NCBI GenBank assembly: GCA_039621445.1
Contig: CP154954.1
Span: forward strand, 49,083,847 to 49,147,846
From: Euglena gracilis
Taxonomy: Eukaryota
Direction of reading: 5' to 3'
Length of the DNA: 64,000 bases
The notes under the pieces were generated by a model. The model searched no databases and was not told the DNA's origin. It saw only the letters and a program-made list of their open reading frames with translations. Made by a program: the position numbers and the translations under genes. Of the stretch, positions 50,001-63,118 are shown one piece after another (position 1 is the stretch's first letter; every line of letters begins with the position of its first letter).

Positions 50001-50391
50001 AAAAACTTTGAATGGCAATCAATTTCGTTTAATAAGCATGCCAAGGGGCTCTTTTGGGACAGCCCATCACAGACAAATGACACCTTGACACAGGCAGGAC
50101 AGCACCCAGCCAGTGTCACCTCCTAACCCCTCCCCAAGCGGTTAAAATGGTGTTTGTTCCCAAACCCTAACCCTGACCCCAAAGGGGAGCACCGGGTCGC
50201 GAGGCGGGGGCAGGCCGCCGCCGCACGCAGCGGCCCTTCAGGTAGTCGAGGCACACCCGCGGCTGGTCCCCCTTGTCCTCCCGGGCCGGCGGCTTCGACG
50301 CCTTCGCCCCGGGCAGCTGGAGAGCAGTGGCCGGCGGCCCGTCGCCGTCGAGGCGGATAATGGAAGGGAGGGCGGAGGGCGGGAGGTGCAT
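44063..50391 (-). CDS. Tandem CCCH zinc-finger protein, paralog A (multi-exon, most diverged)
   Basis: ATG at 50391 (MHLPPSALP). Exons: 50391-50217 (REDKGDQPRVCLDYLKGRCVRR), 49622-49540, 49253-~49053 (EVWAMTGQCKFGPKCSKLHPGQG...PLLGTSSP, continuous ORF), ~48200-47935 (RRPGADEG), ~47700-47605 (AHVHPFSL), ~46240-46142 (ALADLDADLASPA), ~44815-44626, 44109-44063 (PLLDMLRALNVPVC*). Confidence 0.8.
44115..44622. mobile_element. Aged CAGGGCTTC-TIR element forming the last intron of paralog A (inferred intron 44110-44625)
   Basis: 9-bp TIR CAGGGCTTC / GAAGCCCTG. TSD no longer recognisable. The 3+5 excision gives in-frame SLQPLLDMLRALNVPVC*. Confidence 0.7.
49259..49536. mobile_element. CATAGATTC-family MITE / introner inside zinc finger 2 of paralog A (inferred intron 49254-49539)
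   Basis: Ends CATAGATTCGCTT / AAGTGACTCTATG. Perfect TSD CTCACACA at 49251-49258 and 49537-49544. Interior is similar to 4296-4561. Confidence 0.9.
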
Positions 50392-53273
50392 CGGGCTGGG
50401 GGACCGGGGTGGAGGGGGCGGTGGTGATTGGGCTGTGGCGGTGGGCGGAGGGTGCCCCCCCAAGGTTTTTAGACAGGATGGGGGGCAGGGGTTTTTTAAG
50501 ACCGGGGGGGAGGGCGGAAGGGGTCGGCACCCACCCACCCACCCACCCCCTGGGGTGGGCCCCCCAGGGGAGGGGGGGTTCCGGGGGACCACCCACTTTT
50601 GCCCGAAAATGCTAAAAATAGCACCTTTTTCAAAATTTTCGGCGCCTTCGGCGCCAAAAAAGATATACCCACCAGCCCCTACCCCCACCGCCTGGGGGGA
50701 GGGGGTCCGAGGGACCCACCCACCCACCCTTGGACCCCCCCGGGGAGGGGGTCCAAGACTAAAAAAACCTTGGGAATTGGGCAGGGGAAATGCCGCGGGA
50801 AAATTTGGAACGGGCTTTCTTTGGGAGCGGTTTTGCCTGAAAAAAAACATAAGAAGGCACACAGGGGAAAGTGTTGACAAAAAGTGAGATTTTCCCAACT
50901 CAAAACTCTAAAAGCTCCAAACTGGAAAACGGTCAACTCTCATTGCTCAAAAGGGACAGCAATAAATGCCAGCAATTGTTGAGAGATAATCTTAAGCAAT
51001 TCATAATGATTATTATCTGGGAACAGGATTTCCTAAAATGAAAAAAAAATGCAACCAAAGAATGGTTCGAGTGTTCATCATCCGCCAGAGGAAATTGGCT
51101 TGGTGTGGTCTGACAAGAGCCCCCTGTCCAGAACTCTCCCCACCCCATTTCAAATCTGTCTGGGTCTGTCCTCCAGTTTTTTTGACTGATCTTGGGGGTA
51201 CAAAGACATAGGAATAGAGATAACTGTGAACGGGGGTGATAGAAAATAAATTCAACAAATGGGCGTTTTCTTGAAAGGCTGGGAACCAACCTTGGAGGCC
51301 AAAAGAATTTCGGCGACCGAAGGCCAACTTTACGGGGCCCAATTTGCATGTGAGGAAAATGCCACAGGGGGGAGGCCAAGCGCCAGAGGATAACCCATTT
51401 TTTTGCATTTTTTGTGCCACCATGTCTTTGGGAATAACAAAATAACAACACCCACCAAAATGCACAAAGAAGCAATTTGGTCCCCTCAGCAGCATCAAGG
51501 AGACCAAACACTCCAGGATTTTCCCCAAGATAAAAAAAAACTGCACATGCACAGCAGAGACACGATGGTGGCCGGTGCACAACGGAGAGGACCAGAGAAC
51601 AAGGGAAGGACCACCAAAGAACCACCCAACGAACACGCACACGGTGGAGAGAGGAGAGGGATCGCTAGCACCAGACTTGCCCCTGCTGCGCAAGACAAGG
51701 ATGGTTAACCCCCCCACCTCCACCCACAGGGTTTGCGGTCCTTCCCTCCAGCCCGGGCCCGGGGGGCAGGGGGCAGCCTGCCTGCGGTGAGCTGGGGGCC
51801 AAGGGCCGGCGCGGAGAGTCAGCCTCCGGCCCGGCCCCGCCCCCACTGCCGGGAGGGAGGAGGGGCCAGAGACGTGTCGGAGCTACCTCCCCCCCCCCCT
51901 GCTTCCCCATTTCCTCGACAGGCCAATGGTCGGGGAACGAACGTGCGGTTGACACGGGGGGGGGGGGGTCAACGACACAATGTGACAACGCCACTGGACT
52001 TCAAAGACAAAACCTTTGGTGGTGTTCCAAAAAAGTTCTGCTGGAATGGGGGGTGTCAATCAGGGGTCTTTTTAAGACTCGGGGGGGGTCCCGGGGACCA
52101 ACTCACTTTCCCCGAAAATGGCGGCAAATCCCTTGTGTTTCCAAATTGTTTCGGGGGGCAAATCCCTTGTGTTTCCAGCTTGTTTTGGGCAAAAATCGCG
52201 AAAAATGCCAAAAATAGCAAAATTTTCAGCGCCTTCGGCTTCAAAAAGTATATCCCGCCCCCCTCCGGGGGGACCCTCCACGGGTGGGGGGTGGGGTGCT
52301 TGGCCGGACCCACCTACCCTACCCTACCCCCCCCGGGGACTCCAAGAAAAAAAAACCATGGTGTCAATGTGAGTTGGACAAGGGGGGGTCGGTGGGGGTG
52401 CAGGCACCCTGCCACAACGCAGGGCAACCCTCACAATTTTTTTGCACACATCACAGAGCACAAAAGGAAACAAACCCCACAAGATGACGCTCTTCATGGG
52501 CTTCATCCCTCCCCCATCCCCGAAGCAAACGCACTGTTCCAAGTCCCCCTTTGTCCCATTCAAAAAAAAAATCTCTGGAATGAGAACCGGCAGAGAGAGG
52601 AGAGGGAGGGCCTGGGGCCAGGCTTTCTTGGTACAGCAAAATGGACGATGTTCCTGGCGAACATTGACAGTTCCATAGGCAAGACACTTTCTCGGGGGGG
52701 GGGGGGCGGTCTCCCTGGGGTTGGGGCAGGGGGCTGTCTTGGAACCTACCGGATGGGGGGAAAAGTCTGCCAGCCTCAGTTCACCCCGACGCCCTGAGCA
52801 AACAAACAAAAAAGCCTGCACGAGACACAAAGGGCAACCGCTGTTGTCTGCCACGAGATGAGTACAAAGGGGACAGCACAAGAGGGTGTGCTGAAGGGGA
52901 CGGACGAGTGGCGCTGCAGCCCCCCACATTGCTGGTTTCCTGGGTTTTCTTTTGAGGGGTAAATGGGGACTCCATGGGGGCTTGGGGGGGGGGTGTCATG
53001 GGGCCTTGGGGGGGGGGGGGGGGCATGGGGTAGAAGGGATCCAAAAAATGCAAATGTTGGGCAAATATCCCAGAAAACACTGAAAAGGCCCAAGAGCTGG
53101 TGACGTTCATTTGAGGTCCATTTTTGGGTTTTAAAATTTTGCTAGAACGATAAGCCACCCAAAAAAAAATCAGCCCCAATTTCTGTTGAGCAACTAATAA
53201 ACCGGTGGGGTTTTATTATTGGGGGGAGAGTTGCAACAGGTGCAAATCAGGTGGTTGTACGGCTTCGCCACAG

Positions 53274-54141
53274 CAGGGAACCTCACACGTCTGTGCTGGC
53301 CGAGGCCAAAATGTATCCGTGATTTTCCGTGAATTTCCTGTTTCCGGATAAGGTCAAAAGCCACATTCAATTCTGCACCGGAGCCATTATTGGGCAGTTG
53401 TGGCAGCAGATTTGTTTCTCCATATTTTTGTCATGGAGATCCTCCAGGGCCTCGACAACAGCTGAAGCCAATTCCGAGTGCTCAACGCCCTTTGCAATCC
53501 AACTGAACGCATGCTACAATGTAGATCTTCCCTTGCATACCTAACAAAATGTTTATGGTCGCATACCCAAAACTGTCAGTCCATTCATCAATTCCTATCC
53601 ACACCTGAATGTGAAAATAAAAACGTACAGGAGGGAAAAAAAACAACCTTTTGTCCTTGAATTTTTTTCTTGATTGACCGTAAATGGGTTGCCAAAACCC
53701 TGTCAGCGGACCGATGTAGCGATTGACCCTTCTGGATGCAGCCTGGGCGAAAGGTGGAAGGTCATTCTGAAGAGCAAAAACCCACACGTCCTCAATTTGT
53801 GTGTATTTCTGGAGAACACCTCTGTTGCTTTTGTTGTCCAATTTTGTGACCGGGAGACCAGAATGGAGGAAAGCGGCCACAAAATCATCTATGATTGTCT
53901 GAATGAGGGTTTGCTTGATGGTCTGTTTGGAAAGGCAGAGAATGTGCAAAACATCCCATCAAAATGCATCTGCACAAACAAAGCACATTCAAAAAAAGAC
54001 CCAAAAAAATTCCGAACCCTCCGCCTCATCCGTGAATTTCCGTGATTTTCCGTGATTTCCGTGAAAATGGCCTTCTGTCCATTTCCGTGATCCTCCGTGA
54101 ATTTCCGTGAATTTCCTATTCAGGACGTGTGAGGATCCCTG
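53274..54141 (-). mobile_element. Deleted hAT element with a decayed transposase fragment (CGGBP-related type)
   Basis: TIR CAGGGA(A/T)CCTCACACGTC (17/18). 7-bp direct flank GCCACAG. ORF 53482-53949 contains DDFVAAFLHSGLPVTKLDN...LQKY and WIGIDEWTDSFGYATINILLG, resembling the hAT DNA-binding region and the first catalytic Asp motif. (TTTCCGTGA)n subterminal repeats. Confidence 0.72.
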
Positions 54142-56460
54142 GCCACAGTCACGTCGTTTCCGGGACACGTGGTATGACTGGCTTCACAACCACGAAACAA
54201 ACCCCCCCCCTAAAGGGGGGGGGATGTCAAATGTCCGGAATTCATATAAATAAATAAATTCATATCTGACCAATTTGGCAAAAAAGACAATCCAATCCAG
54301 CAACGACACAAAGCATCTGATCGAGCAAAAGAGCCCCGAAAGTGATGAAATCAATGACCTCAAATCAATCAAAAAAAATGATCTAAATAATTTTTGGGTA
54401 AAAAAAACCTGAAACATTTTTGGCGCTGGGTGGCCCACTTTTGGTCGATGTTGGCCAACCCAACCCCCCGGAGGGGGGTCCAGAGCCATCACCACTCAAC
54501 CACTCTGAAAAAAAACCACTCAGTCCTCGGGGGGGGGGGGGGGCATGCCTGAAACAATGGTCTGTTGCTGACCCAATGTGGTAGTACTCACAATTCCACA
54601 CAGGTTTTGCAAGTTACCAGCAAAACCTCCATGTACAACTTCTTTTCCTTGTGTCAGGTGCAGGGTGAAAAACAATAAACCGGTTGGTCCCGTCGACTTA
54701 GGCTGCACCCCCCCACTCAGAGAGGGCAACAGAAGGAAAGGGAGGACGCGACGAATGGGTTGCAGCAATTGTTTTTGGGACATCACCAGCGCTTTTGAAG
54801 AGGGCTAAAGAGTTGAGGAAAGCTTTCTTTTGAAAAGACATTGCCGGTGACTTACATCTGATAACAATGGCGGGGTGGGGCTGGGAAAAGCTGCGCCACT
54901 GCCGCCGGGGTGGGCTCGTGAGCAGAGAATGCAGCGGGAGTGGGGGTTGGCAGTCCTGGCAAGGCGTTGGGTGAGGCGCCGGAGCCTCTGGAGGGCAGCC
55001 TTCTCAGGGACCGGAAGGTTCCAGCCCACGGCCCGACCTTTCGCCGAGCCACAGGAGGGCAGAGGGGTGGTGGCCTACAAACCCGGTGCGACATTGGCCG
55101 TACGCCATACTGGCCCACAGAGCAATCCCGGCTCGGGCAGGCACCTTGGGGCTCTGGGGAATAAGCGCTGGAGTGTCTGCCAAATTAGGTGCAAAATTAG
55201 TTTCAGTGGCAAATCAACGGACAATGAGCAGCAGGACAAGAGAGCCGGATCAAGAACCTGGGAAGGTTGTGAACACAATGGGAAGGGAGATATTTGGGTT
55301 TGCAAAAATTTTGTTCAGAGTTTTATTCCAGAAGATGTGATTTTATATTTCATCTGCAGGAGACTTTCAAAATTTTCAACTCCTTAGGGATCTGATTTTC
55401 ATTTTCAAAATTCTTGGATGTTTTGGTTGATATTTACATTATTCCCCAACAAAAAAAAATTCAAAAAATGCATCAGTTTTGTAATTTGAAGGAACTTTTG
55501 GCGTCATGAAAAAATCAGGTTCCAAACCGAAACCTTTCTAAGTTAAAATTGTTTCCAGCAGAACTCAAAGAAAAATCCCCCCAAAAAACTGCTAAAATGG
55601 CCCAAATTGCCAAAACTTTGCCGAAATTGGGAGAAAAGATAAAAATATCCAGTGTTCCATAAAAATTTGCAGCTTGACCTTGGATTCCATTTCTTCTTTG
55701 AAATTTTCATAAGATCGAAAGAAATTGAATTCCGGTATTTCTGGTTTATCCGGTTTACTCCGTTTTTCTATCCGGATTTATTATTTATCATTTATTATTA
55801 ATCAATTGTATTCATTTATTATTAATCAATTATAGTTTTTATTTACTCCGGTTTTTCTGGAATGTCTCCCCCTCCCTCTGCGGTTTGATGTGGCAGATCT
55901 CACCCAAAACGCATCACTGCTTGTCCATGATATGAACTGCAATAGAACCATGTTGTTTGCCAAAATTCCAACCTTGGACAAATGGGTGACTTAGACAGCG
56001 TGACCTTGATCACAAATTGGCCGTTTTTTTTACCAACCCTAGGGGGGAGAGGGGGTCCGGAGTGCCTATGAGTGCCTGCCCAGGCAGGCACTACCCCCCC
56101 TCCCCCCCGGGGGGGTCGGATTTCGGCCTGTGCCCGGCACATTCCTTTGAAAATAGGCCATTTTTGGTCCCCCGGCGCCTTCGGCACCGGATCTGCCTTC
56201 TGGCCGTGTGCCCTACCCCCCCCCCCCCGGGAGGGGGGGTCAGATTTTTGTGCCTTGGAGTGCCTGCCCAGGCAGGCACACCGGGTGGGGTCGGCACCAC
56301 CTTAAAAAACAGCCTGATCACCAACCCCACGTGGTATAGGTGTGGCTCACACTGGTTCAAAGTTGCATCATGTGTTTATGTGTCATGCAAGAAAATGCTT
56401 CCCATCATGGAGCTTTTTGCACTGTTCTTCAGACCATCAGGCCTCTGGGGGGGGGGGGGG

Positions 56461-56859
56461 CAGGGTTCGATATAAGGACAGGTGGGGGGGGGGGTCCGGA
56501 CCCCCCCCCTGCGGGCCAGGGGGGGGGGGGGGGGGGGGGGACCCCCCCACCTAAACAGGTGCGCGGTCAGGGTGACCGAAAATTTTTGACCCCCCAAAAT
56601 GACCAAAAGTGCCATTTTGGGCACTTTTGGGGCAAAAATGTGCCAAAAATGCAAAAAATTTTCGGCGCAAAGCGCCGGAGGAAAAAATTGACCCTTTTGG
56701 GGGGGGTCCCGGGAACCCCCCCCCCCCGAGGGTCGGTCCGGACCCCCCTGGCAGGTGGGGGGGGGGGGGGCCGGACACCCCTGCGGGCCAGGAGGGGGGG
56801 GGGGGGGGGGGGGGCACCCCCCACCTAAACCATGTACGCCCTCCTTATATCAAACCCTG
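56461..56859. mobile_element. CAGGGTT-TIR MITE
   Basis: TIR CAGGGTT(C/T)GATATAAGGA with G-runs on both sides. Interior nearly identical to 61373-61562. Confidence 0.78.
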
Positions 56860-59800
56860 GGGGGGGGTGTCAGCTTGAAAATCCACCCAGCCCCCCCCCC
56901 CCCCCGGCCCCAACCGTTTAAAAAAAACAGGGGGGGGGACAGGTTGAGGTGCCGGTCCTTGGCAGGTCTGCAGCAGGGACGTCACTGAAAGCCGTCGTCG
57001 AAGGGACAGAGGCAGACACAGGCCTCGGGGGAGAGGGGAGGCAAGGACCGGGACGTGGGGCATACAGACCGCGATGCCACCGCCGGCAGCCCCTCCCCTG
57101 CCGGCCAGGGCCGTGGGCATCGGGGGGGGGGGATTCGCTCCACAATGGGGGGGGGATGATGCGCTGTACCAGACCACAAAAAAATGCGCGAAAATAAAAG
57201 CTAAATATGCACTAAATATGCGCCAAATGGGAGCGGAAAATATGCAATTTTTCCAACACCGAGCCGCATTCAGGTGACCCACCTGGCAAATCATTTCAGG
57301 CCATTTTGGGTAGTTTTGGAGGCCATTTCAGCCTGTGATCGACCAGAATCAGCCGGTTTCGGACCAGACATTATTTTCTGGCTGCCGTGAACAACCTTCA
57401 AAAACCTTGCAATGTCTCAAAGGAAAATTTTTCTTCAAAATGCCTTAGAATGTTTTAAAAAAGACGAAGACTCGCAGATTTTTCCAATCGAGCAAAAAAT
57501 GAAGTTGCAAAACCTCCAAAAAAGCAATCCAACTCCGAGAAAAAGAAACGTTGATTTTTTTTGGCATCCTTGGAACATTTTCTGTTTGCACAAAGCTTTA
57601 AAAAAACATTGCATTGTTTTTTTGTTGGCCCAGAATCAAAAAACATTAGTTAAATGCCCAGATCGTCCTTGGGCCAGCCTTGGGGAGAAAAGTTTAAGAA
57701 GCCTGAAAAGGCCTTTAGCAGTCTCAAAAAAGGCTTGAGTTTTTCAAATTAAATTTGGTTTTGAAAACTGTTTCAGATCATCTTCAATCATTTCAGCAAT
57801 CGGGGACCATTTTAGACCAGTTTTGGCTGCTTTTCAACCATTTTTTGAAAATTGTACTAATTAGAATTATTTTGCGATGGAAAATAGCCCCGATGAACAG
57901 CAAAAAAAGCCAAAAGTGGGTTCAAAATGGCTGTCTGCGCTGCCTGGTGTGCGTCTGCATCAAAAATGGTCCATAGTGACGAAGAATGGCCCAAGCCCAA
58001 AATGCCGAAAAAATGCCCCAAAAATGAAAAATGAAATGCCCCAAAAATAAAAAAATAAAAAAGGCAAAAAAATGCCCCAAAAATGAAGACAAATGGCTGA
58101 AAAATGTTTGGAGGAAATACAAAATGCCCCCACCCCCAGTGTCGATAACATATGTGCAGAAAATATGCGGGAACGGGCGGCGAGAAAATCCTGAAAACCT
58201 CGAAATACCTCTAAATATGCGCAAAATACGCAAAATATGCAATCCTTGGTCAAAATAGTGAAACATGCGCTAGAAATATGAGAAATATGTGAAAAACATG
58301 CTCTCCTCGTGATCATCGTGGCAGGGGGCATCTTCATTCCTCGGAAGTGCTCTCCCAAAGGCTGGGAAGGAAGAAGGAAAGGAACGGCCTGCCCGCCAAC
58401 GGTCATGCCAGGACGAAGGTGACCCGCTTCGCCTCCACTGTCGGAGGTCGCGGGCCAGCGAGGGCGGACTTGGGGCTCTCCGCCAGAGGGCAGGGGGAGA
58501 GGGGCAGACCAGGACGGGTTGGAGGTCGGGGTGGGGTTTGAGGGTGGTTTGGGGGGGAGGTGGGCAGTACACACATTTGGGCATGGGTCAAAGCCCAAAG
58601 GGCGGAAGAAAGGCAGATACACACACCTGGCTCAAACCAGGCCACGATCCGCCAGTTTTTTTCATCTTCCACAACAGATTTCAACCCTCTTGAGGTGAAA
58701 GGGTAACATTCCTTGAGATGCACACATCAGGGTCATCTGGATGGACAAAATAAACTCCTTTATCACCAGTGTGCACAATGCAAAAATTCAGTTGCATTGC
58801 ACCAATCAACAAAATTTCTGGTGCCACGGTGGAACTTTGAGACAATTGCTTATGTTGAAAAATCCTTCTTTTGGGGGACCTATTTTTGGACCCTCCGGAG
58901 GGAAGGATTTTTGGGCCGAAACGTTCAACAAAAAAAAGTCCAAAAAGTGCCCAAAAAGTAGACCTTCTTATTTGGGGGCACCAACGGGAGGGGGAAACCC
59001 ATCTCTGCCCTCTGGGCAGGGCCAGAGGGGACCAGGCACGGGACACATCGCCACCCTTGCGGTCATTACCGGGCACCGCGGCACAGTCGCCGGCCAACAG
59101 AGGGATGGCTGGGGTTGGGGACTGGGGGGTGCCGACCAAGGATAGGTATTGATAGTGATATTGGTTCTAGAAAGCCCCGAAAACTTTGGATGGATTGACA
59201 CCCCGATATCCTCAATAAAACTTGATAAAACCAATATGTCATTTTGATATCCCAATTTTGCGATTTGGAGAATCCCAAAAATCGCCCAAAAAGGAACAAA
59301 AAGTACATCACCCCCCCCCAATAAAGCCAACATTTCATGATATTTTTTTCGGGACTGGGTGGAAAAAAAAGGTGCTGGCTGGCTGGACGCCCCCGGGGGT
59401 AGGGTGGGGTCCGGCTTAAGAAATTCCCTGTTGAAGGGGGCCTGATACTTGGGGGGGGGGGCTTTAGATTTGGGGGGTTTAGAAATGAAACAAGGCCTGC
59501 GGACGGGAGCCAGAGCCAAAGGCCTCTCAAACACAAACTTCCTGTACTCACATCGCAACGCCATGCCACTGCTTTGGACGCAACACTGGCCGGGAAGGAC
59601 CGGCCCCCCGCAGCGCGACGGGCAGGGCCGGCCCGCCTTGGGCGGCCGCACGGACACGAAGCCCCGCACCGGCGGGCCGGCGGGCGGGGCGGGGTCGGGG
59701 CCCCGCTGGGCGGCGCGGCGCGGCCGGGCGCCACCCCCGCCATAGGTGGACGCGCGCACACACACACGCGCACAGAGAGAGAGGGGGGGGGGTGGGGGCA

Positions 59801-59999
59801 CGGGGCAAGGGCCTGGGTAGGCCACGGGCTTCCTGGGGGACGGCGTTGTTGGTGAAGAGGGAGAGGCCGGAGGGTTCACTGGAGGCAACCCCCTACAACA
59901 GGGTCGGAGACCCACTGCGATGGAAAGGAGAGCACTTTGGGACAGACAGCCAGGCGGCACGTGTACATGCGTGTGCGAGAGGAGAACGTTTTTTTAGAT

Positions 60000-60138
60000 T
60001 GTGTGTGTGTGTGTGTTGTGTGTTGTGTGTGTGTGTGTGTGTGCGCGCGCGCGCGTGCGTGTGTGTGTGTATGTGTGCGTGTGCGTGTGTGTGCGTGCGT
60101 GTAGGTGTGTGCGTGTGCGTGTGTGCGCGCGCACGTGC

Positions 60139-60172
<34 letters not shown>

Positions 60173-60180
60173 TGTGTGTA
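60000..60180. repeat. Compound (GT)n/(GC)n microsatellite
   Basis: Alternating purine-pyrimidine tract. A similar tract lies at 32840-32975. Confidence 0.95.
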
Positions 60181-60220
60181 TCTGTGAATCTGTTGACGGA
60201 CAGGAGAGGATTGTTCGTAC

Positions 60221-63118
60221 CCCGGGGGAGCCGCTCCGAGGCCTGGTACCCGCTGGCCACCAAGGCATACGCCCCGGCCACCCCCAGCACACACGCCGCG
60301 TCCGCCACTCGACTTCGGGGGGCAGCCCGGGGTTTGTCCGCTGGCCGGCCGGCTTTCCCCAGCCGCGTGGCTGATATCTGTGGCGGGCGAGACCCCAAGT
60401 CTGGGAAGATCTGGCGCAGGGGGTTTGGTGAAACGTTGCCGGCCGATGGTAAAGGGCTTTTTTTGCGAGAAGAACGTCAAGAAAGGACCAGTGGGGACTT
60501 AGAATAGGTGCACGTGACGGGACCATGTTAAGAACGTTACGGGACCCCGTCAAACAGGACACAAGACCACGTCACGCACAACAGTACCTAACCCTAACCC
60601 AACCTAACCCTAACCCTAACCTGACAATTGCACAGGGGAACTTTTATTGTCCAAAACAAAAACTGAGACATTTTTAAGGGGTAAACAGTAACATTCCAAC
60701 CCTCCCCAGATTGAGCTCCATCCGCTCACTCTGAAAACTAAATTGAGCCATCCGGGAGTCACCAACTGTGGCAAGGACTTCATGGCAAAGACAATTGCCA
60801 GGATATAACATGACTCACCTCGAATCGGACTGGGGATGCTGCTTGAATGATGGGCAGGCCGTCAGACAACGACAACAGAGGAGCGGAACAGATACGCCAG
60901 GAACAGATACGCCTGACCACATTGGCAATCAAACTGTCGTTAGGAGGAGAATAGGTGCATGCCAGTGAAAACACACCCGAGTGCGGGTCGGTACCTTCCG
61001 GGGGCTGCGGCCATGCAAATACCCCTGCAAAGATGGGGGTTAGGCTGGATTCCCGCTCACACAATACCCACAGGCCAGGGGTAGCTTTGCTCCCCCTTAG
61101 TGGATTGGGGTCAATCCAATCCAATCCAATCCCTTGGTGGGAATGGGGTTGTACCATGACAAGAGCAGAGGGGGATTGGGCAAGCCGGTGGGGGCGGGGT
61201 GTACCTGCATGGCCGACCACTCCTTGTCCTCGAGCGTCACAAGCCGGGTCCGGCGCTTCACCTCCAGCACCAGCAGCGTCGCCTCCATCTCCTGCAGCAT
61301 CAGGTCGAAGTTGCGGCGGAACTGCAGCTTGCCCAGCGCCATGCGCTGCGCGGAGGCGGCGGGGGGGGGGGGCCACCTAACAGGTGCGCGGTCAGGGTGG
61401 CCGAATTTTCGGCCCGGCGCGAAGCGCCGGGCCGAAAATTTTTGACCCCCCAAAACGACCAAAAGTGCCATTTTGGGCACTTTTTGGGCAAAAATGTGCC
61501 AAAAATGCAAAAAATTTTCGGCGCGAAGCGCCGGAGGAAAAAATTGACCCTTTTTGGGGGGGGTCAATTTTGGTTGGGGACGGACGGTCACGGTGGCGAT
61601 TGGGCGGCAAATGACTGGCATTGGATGGTCACTCTCCCAGGGAGGAGAGCCCTGCCCTTACCCCCTACCGACAATAACACCCATCCCTTCCTGGGGCAGA
61701 AATTGCCTAGTTTGGCACTCAACCTGGAAAACCTGCCAAACCGGTTTAAACGTTGGGTGGGGCCCCTGGTTCACTCCCGCAACATATAAACCCACAGTTT
61801 AGGCCACCACTCGTCCGACAAAAAATCGACCTACAACCCACATAAGAGAGAAAAACGACGAAGAAAATAAGGGCGAAATGTGCCAGGAAATCGCCAGTGC
61901 CGTAAAGCAGGTGTAACGTGGTCGTGGTGTGGTGTAAATGTGTACCCTCCCCGGAAAGCTTGGCCCAGGCCAAGCTTTCTGGGACTGAAGGGAAGGCCTG
62001 AGCGCAAACCTCAGCGGGGAAAGTTTGCACGTTAAGATTTTGGCGGGTCATGCACAAAAGAGGCCAAAAGTCCAAAGGGAGGCCAAGGTCACAAGTTTAG
62101 GCCGAGGCCAACTTTGTGGTGGCCAAGTTTGCACTTGGGGTGGCGCAAATATTAAGGCACTGCGCAAAATTAGGGAACTGCGCACTTATTGGGGGGGGGG
62201 GGGTTAATTGAACCGAGCTTGGGGGTTCAAGCCAGGAGGGTAAAAAAAAGCCGAGCTTGGGGCGCATTTTGGAAGCTCTATTTCGAGGCGTAAATTAGGA
62301 ATCACCACCAAATCTGAACCGGCAAATGGCGGGAATCGGAACGCTTGCATATTTTCTTTCTCCAAAAATTTATGAACACTTCAGCTTTTCCAAGGAATCC
62401 CTCCCCTGTACCTCATTGGTCTGCAGCTGCACAAACTCCTCCTCCGCCTCGGCCATGATGCTGCCTCGCTCCGTGCCAGGCGACCCTCAAGCAAAGGCAA
62501 TTGCGGCTGAATTGAGGTGGATCAGAGCCCAATTTGGCCGAGAGGACAAATTGGATGACCAACAGGACAGGATGACAGAAAATGGACGGAATATTGGACC
62601 GACCGGGGCGCAAATTTTCGGGAGAATTTAAAGGCAGTTTTTATTCCAAATGTCTTGTTTCACTTTAGCAAAGGAAAAAAAGAAAAAAGGTCCGCACCAA
62701 GACATTCAAAACGCATTGAAAAGAAGCAAGGAATGCGGTCCAACATTGAGATTTGCGCTGTGTCTATTCTATTGAAGGCAGGGCTTGTCAGGGCCGAAGA
62801 GTGCCTGAGTGCGGGTCTGCACGGCACGAAGCACATCCATCATATCCTGCCGGCAGGCGCCCGCATTGCGGCACTTGCGACGCAGTGACCCACACAACAG
62901 GTGCGGCCAACTTTGGGGGGGGGGGGGGCTAAGTTTTTTGTGTGTAAGGCGGAGGGGGGACCAAGCGCCGGTGGGGGGGGGGGGGCATGAGAGCGGGAGA
63001 AAAAGAAGCGAGCGTGGGGTGATGCCAGGCAGTTGGGGAGAGGGGCCACACGGCGAGGGCCTGCCCGCCACATACCCTCGTATTGCAGCGTCCGACGGAT
63101 TTGGTTCGCGCTGAGGTC
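60221..63118 (-). CDS. Partial multi-exon gene of unknown function (helical segment followed by a low-complexity region)
   Basis: Exons: 63118-~63065 (cag|[15 protein letters not shown]), ~62890-62790 ([32 protein letters not shown]), ~62485-62412 ([20 protein letters not shown]|gt), 61345-61205 (ag|[47 protein letters not shown]|gt, 141 nt, phase 0/0), and probably 60410-60221. Start and end not identified. GC-rich blocks at 59.55-59.95, 58.4-58.5, 57.0-57.1 and 54.9-55.15 kb may be further exons. Confidence 0.6.
60587..60622. repeat. Short interstitial (CCCTAA)n telomere-type repeat
   Basis: About 5-6 imperfect CCCTAA units. Shorter tracts at ~26826-26848 and ~50163-50178. Confidence 0.65.

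Noticed and set aside
60587-60622. Chromosome end
   Set aside because: There are only a few imperfect CCCTAA units, with gene-like sequence on both sides.
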